Notes under the pieces: model-generated | Told to the model about the DNA's origin: nothing | What the model saw: only the letters and a program-made list of their open reading frames with translations | Databases searched by the model: none | Assembly: GCF_006345805.1 (NCBI RefSeq) | Contig: NC_043006.1 | Location: 28,458,001 to 28,522,000 of the forward strand | Length of the DNA: 64,000 nt | Reading direction: 5' to 3' | From: Octopus sinensis | Taxonomy: Eukaryota | Shown: positions 59,544 to 64,000 of the stretch, one piece after another | Numbering within the stretch: position 1 is the stretch's first letter | How the letters are laid out: every line of letters begins with the position of its first letter | Made by a program: the position numbers and the translations under genes

Positions 59544-61752
59544 TTTCAACCTTCTTTGGTCTTGTCAATGACAGACACTCAACCACTAGAGATAACAGCA
59601 ATTCATCTCCCTGTCAGCAAAATGTAGAAAAACAGTGTCAGAACAGGCACTGATGTCATGATAAGCCAGTAAGCTTGTTAAAGAATATATACTAGCAGCA
59701 GAGGCAGTGTTAATACTGAGAGGTAGTATTATACAAGTTTTATTGCAGTTTTGAAATAGTTAATGATTAATTGATGATAAGCAATACTTGTATGTTGCAT
59801 GTTATGGTTGCAAAATCTCACTAAGCTTAATATAATTTTTCATTATTTCACAAGGAACATAATATTTACATTTTTAAAGCAAGTGAATAACTACCAAAAT
59901 TTAAGAATTAATAGATAAAGGAACATTTAGTCACTGCAATATGCTGATATCACAACAATTCATAAGAGAGGCAAGAAAGCAGAGAGGCTACTGTTTTCCA
60001 AACAAAGTCCCTCAGTATATTTCTTCAGCAATAAGTTATGGATACTCCCTTGTCACGCTTGCTATCATTAATGGAATAAACCAGTGATTGGCCTATGAGA
60101 AATCTTTAACCATCTACACTATTGCTCACCAAATGCAATGTAAATAAAAAACAAAGCTGCATGATTTTAGGAGCTGAAACATCTTTTTAAATCATTACTG
60201 GTGTCAAATGGATTCAACAAGGAATTGAACTAGCTAAATCACACACTCAGCATTTATTTCTTACTCTCATGTAAATTGTACAGCCAATTATCACTCAAAA
60301 AATGAGTATGGGTTGGTAACTTGTACCATGCTTTTGCTAATTGTTTCAAGTGCCTTTGTAATCATGAAAAGGCACAGACTACTGTATATTATGCTTAACC
60401 CCTACAACACAATTGAGAAGATGAGGACCCAAGGCAAGGTTATGTATGTATGTATATATATATACAGTCCCCCTCGTTACACCATCACCAATGGGACCAT
60501 GACAAATTTGTGGTTTAATGGAATGGGTGGTAAATTGAGGGAGGCTTTCTGCAGTAGATATAAAGCCAATCATATAGTAGATTTTTTTTTATAACAGTTT
60601 AACATAGCTAACATTTGGAAAGTGGGGAATGGGCAAAACCAGATTTTTGGTGTGTAAAGAAAGTTTTCATATAAAAACTTCAAAAAGACGAAAGGGATAA
60701 ATTTGGAATTTGAGAGAGGAAGGAAAAAGAAGGTATTGCTCTCCTTGCCCTTTCTCCCCTCCTCTCTGCTAATTATGCCCCTGTTATAACATCAATTAGA
60801 GTGTAATGTGATTATCTTTTAGATTTTAGTTGAAATATTTTTTATAAATATTTTATTGTTGAACAAATAAACAATAAACAACAAAAATAATTTTTTAATT
60901 TATTTTATGAAAAAGTCTAACATATTTTTTGCTTATATTTCGAATTTTCAATAGTATTAAAATGTTTTTCTAATTTTTCTAAAAGTAATAAATTTTCAGT
61001 AGTCATAACTTCTGCTTCTATAGAATCATGAAGAAGATTATGTTGGCAAATAATCTTTACTCGAGAGTACAGTTACAGAAATTCGTCCTAAGAAGGACTA
61101 GAACCAAAGACAAATTACGGTTTGTTGATCTAGCTTTTAAAGAGATTAGGATGCTCCAGAAGAGAACCTAGAAGACTGTGTCACGGAACCTTATCAGAAG
61201 GCTGCGATTAGTTGGTTTACACATTGGCGCAAAATAAAGCAAGAGACAAAACTGCACCAAAACCAACCAATCAGAACAGTGGACACAACTGAGCCTAAGC
61301 AGCCAAAGGATGGTTGTTATCTGCCTCGTCCTCATTCGCACCACATGTGTCAGATAAAGATGACCTCACTAAGGTTCGCTACATAGTGAAAGGATGGGTT
61401 GATAACTTATAACTTTATTTTTTCGGGACCTTTCGTTAATTTAATTATACAAAATGTTTGTAAACTTATCTTGTCTTATCTCGAGTTTTTCTTAAAGTTG
61501 CACGTTGTGGTGGATCTTAAGAACTTTCTCTACTTTCCTGTATGCACGTGGGGGAATTTCTTAATTGAAAAAACAGCGATGTTTTGATTTCGTGTTTTTG
61601 TCAAAGACTCCTTTTGCTCAGTATATTTATGTAGGTGATTTTAAATATATTGTAATTTCATAGATATATTGTATTTTAGTATACTTTACTGATCAGTTTG
61701 CGGTTTTCTTTGAAATATTTTTACAGGTTTTCAGGAGCATAGAATATATAAA

Positions 61753-61836
61753 TATAATTATATTAAGGGAGCAGGGCGACCTGTCTCCTACATGCTTAAA
61801 GGAGACAGGTCGCTCTGCTCCCTTAATATAATTATA
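61753..61836. repeat. Near-perfect 84-nt hairpin (tiny MITE or pre-miRNA candidate)
   Basis: 37-bp arms with a single G:T pair and 10-nt loop. Confidence 0.9.
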
Positions 61837-61974
61837 TATGTATATATAATTAATTTAATATATAAATTACCTATAAATTTTTTATTTCATGCTGACTACC
61901 TGATAAAAATCATTAACGTGATTTTATTCGTCTATTCTAAGAGACATTCAACATCTTTAGCAGATTTTAATTGA

Positions 61975-64000
61975 CGACTGAAAGAAAATAAGATGATGTA
62001 CAACATAAATTGGTCCATAGTAAGGTACACGCAACCATACAGTATATAATTTCCAGAAGATGCCGTCTCTGCTCCGAGGAATCCCTGTCTATTCTGTGGA
62101 CTAACGAGAAGATCATTAACAGAATTTCTGAATGACTCTCGAGATGACTACACGCATATAAATGTACTTTCGCACAATGCAGTGGGAATGAATTTTGAGT
62201 AACCATTAACATAATTTAAATTTACTTTAAGGTATGGATGACTTACGTTTACTTTTAACCTCTCCATTCTAACAAACAACAAGTAGATAGCTAAACTCGC
62301 TTTGTAATCATGAGTGCACCAAACCTCGCGTGTATGTATGCTCCTGAACCACTTGGTGAGTGTCCCACACATGAGGAATCGATGCTAGATGTGTTGAAAC
62401 GATTGTCGTGATTAATAATAAATTCTCGTATATTCCATCTTTCGTCTTCCATTTGCCATATACATAACGATCACTGTGGAAGTGACCATGCTTTATCAGT
62501 AAGCTACCAGGTGTAAGCTATTCATTTCATCAATCTATTAACCACAACCAATTTCCAATTTCCTAGAGGAAGGTGCTATACAGTAGCGTACCAAGATGAT
62601 GAATAAAATAACACTGGATGTTTCGCTAAAGGACATACCTATACCTAGTAGGGAGGATTATAAACAAGATCTTTTGGAGAAAACGAACCAATTTCTACGT
62701 AGAATGCCGTGGAAAGCTTTCTTTTTCGACAAGGAGCTTAAACCAAACGACAAATCTGAACATGGTGATCTACTAAGAAAAATATTGAAATCCAGAAAGA
62801 ACCCACCTACTAACCAACACCAAATCAGATTTGAAGAAGAATTATATAGTATGGTTAAGAACGTGAAGTTCAGGAAGTACCCCAGACGGTGTAATATACA
62901 TCAACAGAGAATCAGAAAATTACTTGTTGACTTCAAGAAAGCTCTGGGGATACTTGTGCCAGCGGACAAAACAAGTAACATTTATATTGTTGATATTGAG
63001 CTATACAAGTCTATGATTAGAAAGGAATTATGCACCAAATATAGACACGCTAGTAACGATGTATTAAAAAGAATTAACAATACAGGGCTACAAATCTTCA
63101 GAGATCTAGCAATAGATGATAGAACCGAACCCTACGTCCCTCGAAAACCCCGGACCATAAAGCTAACTTTCTTATCTACCCCTCAGACTGATTTGTCCTT
63201 TTAAATCCGATATAGGCATTATTAGTAAAAATCATTGTTGGGTACTACCCGTCCTTAAGTCTAAAATTGAATTAGCCCCCTGGTCCAGTACCCAAGATGT
63301 GGTTGGATAGTTTAAGCTTCTAGAAATTAGTAAGAACAGAACATTCTTGCAATTAGATATAGAGAGCTATTATGCCACTATTAACCCGATTGTTCTTAAT
63401 CAAGCCCTGATTTTTAGCATGAAAAATTTCGATTTGTCCTGACATGAAATAGATATACATGCCGCACGAGCCTCTCTAGTAGATTTTGATGGTAGATTAT
63501 GGAGTAGATTAGATAGGGAGAATGCATTTGATATAGCAATGGGCTCATATGATTCTGCCAGGCCAGTGACCTAGTCAGAATATATATCTTTTCATTAATC
63601 CAGTCTTCCTTTCCAGAAGTAACAGGGGGTCTACACAAGGATAGCACCTTATTTTTTCTGGACAGAAGTAGCAAAGTACAGTTAGAAAGCATAGGAAAAA
63701 TTTCTTTAGACTTTTCAAAAATTTAGGGCTGAACATTACTATGGGTAAAGAATACTGTAGAGTGAATTTTCTTGATGCTACCTTCTGTCTTGATACTGGA
63801 TTATTTGAACCATTTCATAAGCCAAATGAACATACTAAGTACATTAACGTAGCATCCAACCATCCACTCTTGATTATACAGGGACTAGTTAAGAATATTT
63901 CTACAAGAATCTCTAGATTATCCGCTAATAATAAAATTTTCAAGTTACATGCAACTTACTATAATGCTGCTCTAGCTAGAGCTGGGTACCGTGAAAATAC
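61975..64000 (+). mobile_element. Penelope-like element: upstream pseudo-LTR (GIY-YIG C-terminus plus UTR) then RT ORF, frameshifted, runs off window
   Basis: 61975-62210 encodes LKENKMMYNINWSIV...CRLCSEE...INRISE. ORF from 62596 has SLKDIPIP...RMPWKAFFF, ADKTSNIY; later MGSYD, NFLDATF, KYINVASNHP. Confidence 0.9.

Noticed and set aside
62350-62415. Hammerhead-like remnant in the PLE pseudo-LTR (GAAAC-GATTGTCGT)
   Set aside because: Stem III looks right, but the CUGANGA core is broken, position 17 is G and no stem I can be drawn. At most it is a decayed motif.
1-64000. CRISPR array or prokaryotic-type defence system
   Set aside because: There are no regularly spaced repeats with unique spacers, and the window is eukaryotic intron-rich DNA.

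Overview
Eukaryotic, AT-rich, microsatellite- and transposon-dense DNA; the repeat families suggest an octopod cephalopod (inference, no database search). The + strand carries a complete glycogen debranching enzyme gene (AGL). I resolved 28 coding exons from ATG 121 to TGA 55713, all with GT-AG introns and consistent phases, totalling 4611 nt (1536 aa), and all five catalytic acidic residues are present. The introns hold Tc1/mariner, pogo, hAT, Helitron, piggyBac-like, RTE, Tx1-like, Penelope-like (PLE) and solo-LTR remnants plus several tRNA-derived SINE families. The most notable unannotated signal is a set of minimal type-I hammerhead ribozyme (HHR) motifs with palindromic stem III. They occur in a tRNA-headed SINE-like element inserted twice as a head-to-head inverted composite with target-site duplications, in a second fold-back family, and as one solo motif with an intact core. 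A tail of the first family is fused to a PLE reverse-transcriptase fragment, and a PLE with a pseudo-LTR starts at ~62 kb. Downstream of AGL there is a tentative small gene for a secreted 6-cysteine protein. There is no CRISPR array, rRNA gene or bona fide tRNA gene. Most ORFs in the supplied track are microsatellite or repeat noise.
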